This document shows positions 1 through 12,600 of a DNA stretch of 64,000 nt, one piece after another (the first letter of the stretch is position 1; every line of letters starts with the position of its first letter). The stretch comes from Lingula anatina. Lineage: Eukaryota > Animalia > Brachiopoda. Location: contig CM120640.1 in the NCBI GenBank assembly GCA_051362555.1, positions 4,030,001 through 4,094,000 of the forward strand, in the 5' to 3' direction. The position numbers were made by a program, and so were the translations under genes. The notes beneath the pieces are model-generated. The model was not told the DNA's origin. It was given only the letters and a program-made list of their open reading frames with translations, and searched no databases.

Positions 1-1460
1 TTTTCACCATGAACTGAACTTTGCAAATTTTGCTTCCCTTTTATCTCCAAAACTGGCAGAGATAGGTCCGTAGTTACTATTGAACTTGAATAGGAAGTCA
101 TATACTGGCAATCTATATGTGACCTTAAAATTGACCTTTGACCTACTTTTCACCATGAATTGAACTTTGCAAATTTTTCTTCCCTTTTATCTCCAAAACT
201 GGCAGAGATAGGTCCATAGTTACTCTTGAACTTGAATAGGAAGTCATATACTGGCAATCTAAATGTGACCTTAAAATTGACCTTTGACCTACTTTACACC
301 ATGAACTGAATTTTGCAAATTTTGCTTTTCTTTTATCTCCAAAACTGGCAGAGATAGGTCCGTAGTTACTATTGAACTTGAATGGAAAGTCATATACTGG
401 CAATCTAAATGTGACCTTAAAATTGACCTTTAACCTACTTTTCACCATGAATTGAACTTTGCAAATTTTGCTTTCCTTTTATCTCCAAAACTGGCAGAGA
501 TAGGTCCGTAGTTACTATTGAACTTGAATAGGAAGTCATATACTGGCAATCTATATGTGACCTTAAAATTGACCTTTGACCTACTTTTCACCATGAATTG
601 AACTTTGCAAATTTTGCTTTCCTTTTATCTCCAAAACTGGCAGAGATAGGTCCGAAGTTACTATTGAACTTGAATAGGAAGTCATATACTGGCAATCTAT
701 ATGTGACCTTAAAATTGACCTTTGACCTACTTTTCACCATGAATTGAACTTTGCAAATTTTGCTTTCCTTTTATCTCCAAAACTGGCAGAGATAGGTCCG
801 TAGTTACTATTGAACTTGAATAGGAAGTCATATACTGGCAATCTATATGTGACCTTAAAATTGACCTTTGACCTTCTTTTCACCATGAACTGAACTTTGC
901 AAATTTTTCTTCCCTTTTATCTCCAAAACTGGCAGAGATAGGTCCATAGTTACTATTGAACTTCAATAGGAAGTCATATACTGGCAATCTAAATGTGACC
1001 TTAAAATTGACCTTTGACCTACTTTACACCATGAACTGAATTTTGCAAATTTTGCTTTTCTTTTATCTCCAAAACTGGCTGAGATAGGTCCGTAGTTACT
1101 ATTGAACTTGAATAGAAAGTCATATACTGGCAATCTAAATGTGACCTTAAAATTGACCTTTAACCTACTTTTCACCATAAACTGAACTTTGCAAATTTTG
1201 CTTCCCTTTTATCTCCAAAACTGGCAGAGATAGGTCCATAGTTACTATTGAACTTGAATAGGAAGTCATATACTGGCAATCTAAATGTGACCTTAAAATT
1301 GACCTTTGACCTACTTTTCACCATGAACTGAACTTTGCAAATTTTGCTTTCCTTTTGTCTCCAAAACTGGCAGAGATAGGTCCATAGTTACTCTTGAACT
1401 TGAATAGGAAGTCATATACTGGCAATTTACTGTGACCTTGAAATTGACCCTTGACCTATC
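1..1460. repeat. Tandem array of ~10 near-identical 146-bp units (continues beyond the left edge)
   Basis: Unit TTTTCACCATGAA...TTGACCTTTGACCTAC restarts at 1, 147, 293, 439, 585, 731, 877, 1023, 1169 and 1315; only scattered substitutions between copies. Confidence 0.97.
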
Positions 1461-1663
1461 TTATGAAGAACTTAAATTTGATTGTACCATATATATTTTT
1501 TGCAAAAGTTTAAAAATTCTTGTTGATTGCATTTTTACAGCTTGTCAAGCACAAAACTGGTGGCTGTGTCCCTTATTTTGTGTATGTGGGGGTCTATACG
1601 AATGCGCTTGCTCCAGCTGGTGGTACAATATTCGGAGGCGGTATCGCCTCTCTGATCCTCTAG
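1..1663 (+). mobile_element. 3' part of a non-autonomous Helitron/Helentron-like element containing the 146-bp satellite
   Basis: The array is followed by ~200 bp of unique sequence ending in a hairpin GAGGCG-gtat-CGCCTC (1635-1650) and CTAG-TT at 1660-1665, the typical rolling-circle 3' terminus; TGACCTT(G)-rich core repeats are typical of such elements. Confidence 0.7.
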
Positions 1664-1807
1664 TTAAAATTACTTTTTCTCCTGGCAAAGTGGATGATGA
1701 AAATGTCTAGGCTAAATATATCCTGCAATTTTATTTCAATAAATATATGATCTATAAATATAAGACAAAATTATTAGGTTGTGGTTTATGAATTATTTTC
1801 AGAATTT

Positions 1808-4697
1808 CTAAGTGTTATTTAGACGCTCCTCCAACCATGCAGACCCTTCACTCTGACGCAGTGCATCACAGAATATATGATATCCTCTCTCCCCGACTGT
1901 CATCAGTATTCCAAGCAGCTTTCCATTTCTCTCTTGCCTCACACTCTTGTCTTTGACCTCATTCATCTGACGACTGCTGAGGACATGTTCCTGGTACAAG
2001 TAATCGATGACACCAGAATCTTCCAAATTTTCTATGATGTCACACCAGTTGCTTCTCAGCCTGTCTTGGTAAGGCATCCCTGTAGTGAAAAAGAATGGGT
2101 CGAGTTGTTTACATTTACCTTATACATTAAGATCAAATAACATGTTTTTGAAAACTTATCATCATACCAACAACGATGTAGAAGCCCAAAGCTATGTGTA
2201 TGCTGTACATATGTTAAGAAGTAGACACATTGGTAACAGCGACATTCTTATTTCATGACAGTGGAGTGGTATTATTTCCTTACCTTGTTCTATTTCAGCA
2301 GCTAGTAATGTTGGAATGTTACACAGTACTCTCCTCCTCTTCAGTGTTGTGTTGACTACTTGCAGCATGCTGGGGATGGTACTGTTCCCTAGACCTACTT
2401 TCACTTCCATACCCTTGCCTCTCAACTCCAACATGTTCACTTTTAACACATGTAGAGGTGCTTCTGTTGTGGGATTTTTGATTGTGATCTCGTCTTGGTG
2501 GTGAACATAAGCACTGGACGGCTGATATGCTCTATTGATGAACGATGGGTTTGTGTTGTATTGAATGTACAGTGAGCAGTTCCTTTGCACCTCTTGATTG
2601 GTGAATATAAGGCAAAGATAGTTATTGGGGATTGTTTGTGGTATGAATAATGTGATGTCACACATACATATGTCCAACTTTCGCAGATTTGCCAAACGTT
2701 TTTGTAATCGTTTGATTATTTCCTTTTGCTTTTTCAAGTCATCTTCCTTTTCCTTTAGGATTACCCAGAATTCCTGGTACTGACCAGAACCGTTGATCTG
2801 GTAGGTCACTCCATTGTCATCCTGAGTATAATTTAATTGGTCTGTGATATCTGTTATGTTGTCATCTGGCAAGGCAGCAGCAAACTTTTTGTTTGGTGAT
2901 GGGATACCTGGCTGAAATGACTGTGCCTTTCTTTTGTGAACTGTACTTTGATGAACAAACAGAGAATTGAACTGCCCCGGAGGTTTTGTGCGGACGCTGC
3001 AAGCAAAATTGACGTCTGGCTGTGAGTTGATATTGTAACAATTTCCAAGACAAATTTCATCAGATAGGTCACCTTTTACCAGCTTCTGTTGTAGCTGCAT
3101 GTTATCTTTACACATCTTGGCAGTGACTTGTGTCTTGGTTTTGACTGCACCACGCTGTATACTAATGGAGGACTTGTCGTCAAGGGTAATGAAACCACCA
3201 GTCTGTGGAGACACAGTAACTGATTGGTCAGTTTTTTCTTGGAATCCTTGAGCAATAGGTGGCAGTGAAGGGCCACTTGCAGGATGTGTTTTGGTTCGTG
3301 AACGTCCGCCAATGTTTTTCAAGTGCACGAAAGGTCCCTGTTCAGGTAAACTGACTAGTTTGGAAGGTAAGCTTAATGAACGATGCATGGAGGAGGATCC
3401 ACCAGGATCACTTCTAACACTATGGGGCCTTTCTGACAGAGCTGGCAAACCTTTCCTTCTTTCATGAAATACATCATCATCGTCATCTCTGGTATCTAAT
3501 GATAAGTTCCTGAGTTGATGCATTAAAATATCTGTCTGGATATTCTGATCACTGAATTTGTACTTTGCTGTTGAATTTCCAGTGGCCTCTTTCTGTGAGT
3601 TGGCATAAGGATGCATATCATCTTTGTGCTCCTTTTTTTGTCCCTGTGATTTTTCACTTGCTTCTGAAAGTAGTTCATTGTTTGTGTTATCATGGTTAAC
3701 CTGCTCTGTTTTGCTTTGGGACTGGGTCAGGAGTTTCTTGTTACATTCTGCAAGATTAGTTTTTAAATGTAAAACTTCACTCTTCAAACGGTTGCATTCT
3801 CCCATGAGATATTTCTTTTCACTTTCCAGTTTTTCCCTGGATTTGTTGATCTCTGCTAGTTCCACCCTTACTTCTTCTCTTGCTTTTTGTGTTAATATGG
3901 AAATTTTTTGGTTTTCAATGGCATTTCCTTCACGTTCTCGAATGGTTATCAGAATACCTATTATCTGTTGATGATATCTTTCCCAAGCTGAAAGAGAAAC
4001 CCACAAATATGCATTTTATCAGAAACTGTTGAAAGATCTTGTGATTTGTCAGTCAGTTTATCACTAAAAATCATGAAAACTGATGGAGAAACTGTTGATA
4101 TATTAGAAACCCAATAGTAAACCCTTGTGCAGCAAGACTTACAAATATTGTCACCAAAATCTCACAATCTCTAATGTGTCAAAATTAAGTCTGGTGACTG
4201 ACCTTCAGATAGGTGTTCCCTTGCAGTATAAAGCTGTGCCTGGTTGATGTTATTTCCAGTTTTCTCAATGATCTCCACCAGCTTTGTGATGGCAACTCCA
4301 CCTAGTGGGGTCAGGCTGAGGAGGAATGTGGCAACGCCGTGGCCTTGGAGTTTGATATACTCCTGAGGATATGAAAGAATAGGAAATTATACTAGTCATC
4401 TTTCGAATTTTATCATGGGTTTGAATTGTGCATGATCTTCATTTAAACATGAATGCAGTAAGCAGCAGATTGTAACTTGCTGCTAAAAAGAGTGTATGAT
4501 TTGTAGTTTTTTTTTCTGGAACATACTTCTATGGTGTGAAATGTCACCTGATACAGTTTGACATCACTCACCTTTATTTTATAGAGTGTTGTTCTCTCAA
4601 TTAACCCTCCATCTACACATGCCCTGTAAAAACTGTCAGTTGGAGTGATAGTGAAGCATAAGCTTTCCAAATGCTGTTTAATTTTCTCGTAGTCCAT
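1808..4697 (-). CDS. Death-fold protein A (~753 aa): N-terminal CARD-like, coiled coil, ZU5, UPA-like, C-terminal CARD
   Basis: Four phase-compatible GT-AG exons: 4697-4572, 4362-4203, 3987-2284, 2079-1808 (2262 nt, open). ZU5 motif VSPQTGGFITLDDKSSISIQRGAV; C-terminal CARD LRSNWCDIIENLEDSGVIDYLYQEHVLS...KLLGILMTVGERGYHIFCDAL. Confidence 0.85.
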
Positions 4698-5729
4698 GAT
4701 TTATTCTGTGTTCTGTCTGCTGACTGACAAGTTACGGCTTGTTGGTCTAAAACTGCCGTGAAACCCCAAACGGTTGTGTAAAACCTGTGAGCTCATGCAG
4801 AATTACTATTGACAAACATTCAATCCCTTTGATCCAATGTTTTGTAAATATAATGGTTGCAGTGTAAAGAAAATACGTGGCAGACCGCCTTAATAATTGC
4901 TTTTGTTATGTGGGTTAAAGCTTTACAGTGAATGAAGGGTAAAAATCTGGTGGATTTACAATCAGCATGCCTTTTAAACCTTTTAAAAACATATTTACTT
5001 TCATGAAAAAAATTCAGCACCTCCAGTGAAAAGTTTTAATAAGTATTATGATGCATTTATAACATTGGTTAATATTTGAGCATTGTTTGAAGCCACAGTA
5101 CCTCATTGGGTGATATGTTCCACTCCACCAGACTTGTATAGGTATGAAATCAGATATGGGACTAGAAAAGATTGGTCTACCAACCCCATAATGTTCAATT
5201 GAATTGTATGTCATTACAACTAAAATTGCATTTTTGGCTGATGTAAGTCTTAAAATGTTATGATTTTACATGGAAATTGTTCATATTTGCATTATGTGCA
5301 GTAACATCAAAACACTATCTTTATTGATGTGGTATATTTGTAGTTATTACAGTTGATCACATATAAAGTCTGTTTATCATAAATAAAATATTTTATAGAC
5401 ACATATAAATGAAGTGAATGAAATTCTGTTTTGGCAGCACCTGTAACATTAATTATTTCTCTTTCTTCACTTATTCCTGCATGTTTAATTCACTGCAGTC
5501 ATTCAGTTGAAATACTGTATCAAAATTGTTTTTCTTCCAAGCATTTAGATAATTTTTGAAAATGTGTTGTCACCACATTTATTTATAACTTTCATTAATT
5601 TGCAGCAACTGATGCCTAAATGTTCTTAACATGGCATATTTCAGTCATACGAAGGATATCTACCACAAAACCTGCTTTATTTTGATTTTTTAAAATTCCC
5701 CATTGCCTTAGCTATAGTAAAGAAGTTAG

Positions 5730-8700
5730 TTATGTGCCTGATATAAATTGGGCTTTTAACTGTTGGAAGCACTGCTCCATCTCAGTTGCCAGCCAGTCGT
5801 AGGAATCTTGAAGTGAACCTAGGAAGGAAATAAACCCTTTCTCCTGTCTATGTGCTAGTATGTCTAGAAATTTAGCCATTTTGTCCATCCGTGTCTTTTC
5901 CTGTTCTATCTCCTCTTGCATACGCTCATTTATTGTGTTGTCTTGTCTTAGGGAGTTAACCAAGTCCTTGAAGTCTACATCTTTAATGAGTTTTAGACGA
6001 AACTGGCGCAGAATTTGTCCATGAGGGGCCTCAATTTCTGGAAAAAGGAGCAAAAATTAAAGTCAAATTGAATAAATGTGTTTTTTATTGAAGCTACATT
6101 TATATTCCTGGGTGTAAGTGTGACATAAACTTAAAAGAATTGTTTACTTTTGTGTATATTGAATCTCAGTATCTTATTCTATAAAATAATAATGATCACC
6201 TATGCCGTTAATATTGATGACAATAGTGCATATCCTTTGGGGCATGTAACTGTCCATTTTATTTCTCGCAACTTCCATACTGCTGGGAATGTTGGAATTT
6301 GTTAAAGAAAGTTTGAATCTCTGTCCTCTTGTTCGGCATTTATCAATATCTAACTTAAAACTTCCTTGAACAGTGAGGAGTTTATCAAACATGAAAACAA
6401 TGTCATCCTCATTGCAGAGTTCATAATTGCTGACTTCTTGGCCACATTTTATCATGTTTCTGTCCTTTGACTTGAAGATTTCAAGGCATTTTAGTTCAAG
6501 GCTTTGGTCAGAACAAACTACCTCTATGAAGGACACTGGTGGAAGTTGTGGCAGAAAGAGAGTAAAGTCACAAGGAACACTGCCCAAATTGTGCACACTG
6601 AGAAGTCTGTTTCTCAGCGCACGATTTTCCTCCATAAGCACCATCCAGAATTCTTGAATCTCTCCAAGTTGGCCGAGCTTGTAGTTCACTGTGTTTTCCT
6701 CTGGCTGTGACTGGGAGATGCACTTGTCTGTGATGTCCTCCCAGTCACTTACGATGCCCCTTTCTGCTAGCCGCTGGTGTACCACCAGTGCTGCCTGGGG
6801 CTGGTCACTTGGTTTGCTGGTGGACATGGTGACTTTTTTCTGAAATTTTATGTTGTTTGGCCTGAAGTTATACCTGCTACCAAGTTTCACAAATTCAGAC
6901 ATGCCACACCTTTTGACGTATTCAGATTTTGCTGGGTTACTTATGTTTTTTGTACACTGGATATAGATTGGACCTTTTAGTGCTTCTGGAGGGATTGTTA
7001 ATGAGGCCCCCTGCATGTCTAAAAAGCCTCCTTGGGGTGTCACTTCTTCACATACTGTGGTTATATTTGGGTTGACTTTTTTCAACCCAGGTAGTGGTTT
7101 ACTCCTTGATTTTCCGCTTGAAACAAATCTCCTGCTTAGGAAACTACTGGAACTGGCAGCAGCATCTATGCCAGGGCGATCTTCTTTCCTTTGTAGGGAA
7201 TTCAAAACTGATTTGTGGGATACCGACTCTGATTCTGGTGGTGAAGAGAAATTTGGCATGCTGGCTCTTCTGGGAGGAGCTCCACTTTGCTGAATTGTCG
7301 GCAGTTTGTCTGATTTTGTTGCAGATTGTTGCCGTGGAATTCTGACTGCAGATGTGATCCTAAGAGGTTCTGACTGTGGTCGCGAGATGTTACCACGCGG
7401 GGATGTGACAGTGGAGGAATTTGACAGGAGACTTCTCAGATGGTCATTTTCAGCACTGAGCTTATCTATGGTCTGTTGAAGGTTATACAGCTGTGTCTTC
7501 AGGTTTTCTATTTGTAGCTGAGATGCACTTCTGTACTGGATGTAGATTGATTGTAACTCTTTTGTTTGAGCATCAAGGTTATGGTTTTGTTTTTCAAGCA
7601 GTCCAAGTTGTTGCGTTCGCATTTCTAGTTCATGTGTCACGCTTTTCAGTTTTAGAAGTATCTCCTCTGAAATTTGCTCCTGATGAGGACCATCTTGGGG
7701 CAAAACAAACTGGACTGTCTTCTTGCCAGAATTTTGTAGTTCAATTTCAGTTTCATTGTCATGGCAACTACAGTCACAGCTCTTAGAAGAGGTTTTGTCC
7801 ACAGTTGTCTTTTGACTGAGTTCTTGAATTTCTTTTTCTTTCTCTTTTAGCTTTTCCTCCAGTTGCATGGTATACTTATCTTGTTTCGACCTTATCTCTC
7901 TCATGTTTTCATGAATCTGTTCCTTGTCCCTGATTGCTTCTCTCCTTTCTCTTTCTTGCTCTTCTGATGAGATTTGCAGCTGAGATTTAGCCTCCTTGAT
8001 TTCTTCTTCCAGGTCCTGTATCTTTTTTTCCTTTAGGGATAAGAGCTGGGCGTACCTGTCTATTCTGCCTGAGATGTCAGTCTGCAGTTCCCCCGAGATC
8101 TGGGAGTGTCTCCTTTTTAATTCATCATTTTCTTGTTTCACCTCCTCATGTTCCTTGTCTCTGGCCTCTAGTTTAATCTGAAGCTCCTGTAGAGATATTT
8201 CAAGCTGAGAATTGAGTCTTTGAAGTTTTCTGTCCTTGTAAAGGATTTCATGTTTTAGCTTGGTTGACTCTTCATGCGCTTTTTCTTGTTGGTATTCTAG
8301 TAACAGTTTCATTATTTGTTGCTTGTCAGTTTCCCAAGCTGAAAAAGGAAAAAAAATATATTATAGTAAAATCCATTCCATTTTGAATGTGGTACCACTT
8401 AAATTCAATAATTTTTAATTTAGGACAGTCGGTTTACAGATTCTGAGATAATTGTTGAAAAAAGACCATCCAACCATCAATGATGGTTATAATAATCATA
8501 ACATTGAAATAATCACCTATATACTATTAATATTGATGACAATGGACAGGTTACCTTCAAATATTGCCGTGGTGTCCTTCCAGCACCATACTTCTTCTTG
8601 ACCACAACCTTCCAGGACATTGACCAAGGAGGTCAGGCCAGCTTGACCCAGTGGAAGGACATAGATCAGCATCATGGCGACTCCATGAACATCATTTTTC

Positions 8701-9081
8701 ATTAGACCCTCAAAAGAGAATATTTTACAATGTTTTTTTTTAATTAGGAGTTTTGAGTCCATATATGTTAATGAGAACATGAAATAAATGATTTGCACGT
8801 AATGTAATCCATACCCTTTAGAATAATAAAAAATAATGTAGACAGTGTATCCTGAAAGTATTAAGTACCAATTATAATACTTACAGTGTCACCCAGTTAT
8901 ATGTGACACCATGTTTCAGTTTAATCTTGTTTATGAGTTAAAATTGACTCACCCTCAGGGACTGCACGATGTTTTTATGGAGAAGTTCCTCTTCTAGTGC
9001 TTTGGTAAAAAACTCCTCCGTTAGCCTTATGTTTTTGATCAAAAAGTTAACTAAGTCACAAATTTTGCACTGTTTTGTCAT
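5730..9081 (-). CDS. Death-fold protein B (~909 aa), paralog of A: CARD-like, long coiled coil, ZU5, UPA-like, CARD
   Basis: Exons 9081-8953, 8708-8555, 8338-6200, 6037-5730 (2730 nt, open; same intron phases 0/1/1 as gene A). ZU5: VTPQGGFLDMQGASLTIPPEALKGP...FRPNNIKFQKKV...WEDIT; CARD: ILRQFRLKLIKDVD...KFLDILAHRQEKGFISFLGSLQDSYDWL. Confidence 0.87.
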
Positions 9082-9650
9082 GGTTTTATCACCTTATCAT
9101 ATATATATATATATATTCATCATGCATATCTCAATCTTTCTAAGTGTATAAATTTCAGATAAAATATTTTAATTACCTTGGCCCCCAAAAGATCAATAAC
9201 CAATCAATCTCTGCATATTGTTACTAATTGGTCAGCCCTTTATCACTACTGGTAATTGCCAAATCTACCAACCACAATATTGGCGGCCCAGACCTTTGAT
9301 TGATTACTTTCATCAATATTGGAATAAATGGCTCTGTGTATTTTGTGTAACAGGGTATGGGTTATTGCATAAAGTTAATTTAGCCATGCATAGTACAAAT
9401 GCTGTAAAAGCATAATTTAGTATTAATCACAATACAGCTTATCCTTTCTTTCCTTTTGACTGATTTTATTTGGTTTGACTTGTCTGCTCAGTATTTTGTA
9501 TGTAAGTATCAGCGCTCTATATTTATTTATTTATTTATTTATTAAAATATTTTAAAGGACAAGTTTTATGTGTGTCAATTTGATGTTATCAGCAAAAAAA
9601 AGGCATAACAATAATTCAAGTATATATATATATATATTTGTCATCACCAG

Positions 9651-12600
9651 GTCCTAGGTGCCATCCTTCACCTTGGTAACTTGGTGTTTGATGGAGATGG
9701 AGACCAGGGATGTTATGTGGACACTGATGACCAAGGTGAGAATTCTTAACATGTAGTTTATTATCAGGGGCAGATCCAGAGATATTTTCTGACAGTCTTC
9801 CAAATTATCTTTGTTGATCTTTCCTCCATTTTTGACTGTCTTCCGACAGAAAAAATGAGATTCCATCAACGTAAATTTGAAAATCTGACCATCTTCTGGA
9901 AGACACAGAAGATGGCCTCAATCCGCCCCTGATTATCTAGGTTTACTTTTTTATAATTTAGCTTGTCATCTATATATTTTATATGCACTGAGATTACTCC
10001 TAATAAAAGTTGTAATGCAGTTTAAAACTGCCCTTTAAGATTTTCTTTTCAAAATATCACAAAATCTGAGATATTTTAAAAGCTTAATATAGTTGTTTGT
10101 AAATTTGATATATTTCTCTACACCTCTCTTTCACCTCTCTTGCAGACTGTAATGTTTCCCTGGACCTGGCTAGCAAGCTGCTGGGTGTGGATCCCTCAGT
10201 GCTAGAGAAAGCTCTAACATTCCGCCGTATTGCTGCCTCCCACAGCCGCAGACAGAGTGTCTTCCATAAACCATGTAATGAGCAGGAGGGGAGGAGCAGA
10301 CGAGATTGTCTGTCTAAGACCCTTTATTCCAGGTAGTTTTTACGCTCCTAAAATTGCACTGGCCTAAACAAAAGAAATATTTCTGAAACTTTTTGATATT
10401 TTTAAATATTCTTAAAGAGATTTATTCTTTGCATATATATATACATGGAGGAATGTTGTGTTGATTTGTAATTGTTTTTCCCTAAGATGTTTTTTTTAAC
10501 CTTTATATAAAACCCTGTTTTCTATTTGTTATGAAATATGTTTAATATATACAGCTCAGATAATTTTAATGTTATTTATATTATTTCTCATGTCTAAAGA
10601 TTAAAATGTAATATTTTTAGGTTATTTGACTGGTTAGTTTCCTTCATCAATGGATGTATCAAAACCAAGGAACTGTACAGTTTTATAGGTTGGTAAAACA
10701 ATCTGATTCTTAATATTTCCACCTTTTTCTGAAAGAAAATAACATAATTGTTCACTTTCATATGAAGTTTTGCAAGCAAGGACAATTTTGACTGATATTG
10801 TCTTTTAAAGAGTTTACACTAAATGACTTTTGAGTTGCTGTGATATCAGTTCTTGTTTTCCTGAAGGGTTGCTTGATATCTATGGTTTTGAGAGCTTCAT
10901 AAACAACAGCTTGGAGCAGCTGTGCATCAACTATGCCAATGAGAGGCTTCAGCAGCACTTTGTGGCACATTTTCTGAAAGAACTGCAGGTAAATGTTAGC
11001 TTTAAAGTTTGATTCTTAAATTCACTGCAGAATGGATTAGAAAGGAAAATTGAAGAACAGTCTATAGAAAAGTTTTCCAATGCTTAAGTTTGGTGTATTC
11101 TCATTTTCTTTGAAAGATAGAGAGATTAATTTTCAAGAATTTTTGATAAACTGTGAGCAAAATTAACACGTTTTCAGACAACATGGTCATAAAAAGGACA
11201 TTGATCTAGTTTTTACCAATTACAAACTTATTCACTTTTAGGCTGAGTATGTTAAAGAGGCATTGCCATGGACACATACAGACTTTGTGGACAACAGACC
11301 ATGTGTGGAGCTACTTGATGGGAGTCTGGGAATCTTCTCACTGCTCATAGAGGTACTTGTATCACAGGCTTTAGTAGCAAAATAGAGAAAAACAATATAT
11401 ATATAGAATACTGGACTCAGTGTGATTTTAGCTTGTAATTACTTTTAAAAGTAGTTTAAATGATTTATTTAATTTACTTGAGATAAAATCATCAAACAAA
11501 ACTATTGATTTTTTTGTCTGATAGAACATTAGATCATAATATAAGTAGGTGTATATTGAGCTTGCCCTTTCTGAACAAAATGTATATCTGTGCATGGTTT
11601 TAAGTCTTCCGTCTGAAGAAAAAGTTAACTTTTGATATCAACTCTGTTTCAGGAATGCAACCTCAATAGACCATCCTCTGTCAAAATGATCTGTGATCGG
11701 ATTTTTACCTCGGCACGAAGTCACCGTCACTTCCAGCAGCCCAAGAAAGACCTTGAGAACCCTTGGTTTGCTGTGAAGCACTATGCAGGGACGGTACAGT
11801 ACCAAGTCAGTGGACTGGTGGATAAAAATAAGGTGAGTTTGGATGGTGAGGTATTAGTGAATATTTAATGCTGAGTATTGAAGATTGGAAATAAAAAATA
11901 TGAGATAATAAATATAACATTTTTTTATTTCACATATATAGGAAACTTTAGAAAAGTGACAAAATATTTAAAAGACTATCAGAATTTTAATAAAGCGACT
12001 AGATATATAGATCTCTGACTTTCAGCATTTTTCATCCTTAAGGAGTAATTCACATTATCGCCTAGTAATTTCTGTTTTCAGGACAATGTTCCAGCAGAAC
12101 TGGTGGACATGTTGAAGAACAGTGATAATGACTTCATAGCCTCCTTGTTTGCTGACTTTGAAACAGATCAACCTGGCAAGAAAAAGAAGACTGTTCTTGC
12201 CAAATTTAAGGTACTTTTGTAGTTTTCTGTTTTTTTAATTTCACTTTTTCATGATCTAAATGAAATAATTAATGATAATTTGTAATAATTTGATGTGATT
12301 CATTTGAAATGTCATAAAAATTCAAACAAACATTACAAGTTGCCAATTATTAAGAATAAAGCAGATAAAAATCAAAACTAGTAGACATGGAGAATCTGCA
12401 TCTTTTTCACTACCATTATTCACAGAGTTCTTTGGATGCGTTGATGAAAACCCTGAACAGCACAGAATGTCTCTACATCCGGTGTATAAAACCAAACCAG
12501 CAGTGTGAGGCAGGCCACTTTGATGGCCAGTATGTTATAACGCAGCTGGAGGCCTGTGGAGTGATGGAGACAGTGGAGATTAGTAGGAATGGATATCCAG

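Noticed and set aside
143-1178. ORFs 143-448 and 963-1178, and a superficial CRISPR-like look of the array
   Set aside because: The ORFs are translations of the satellite; units are contiguous with no unique spacers and the context is eukaryotic.
1808-2077. Stand-alone CARD-only genes (also 5730-6053)
   Set aside because: Both have phase-compatible acceptors and join the large upstream exons.
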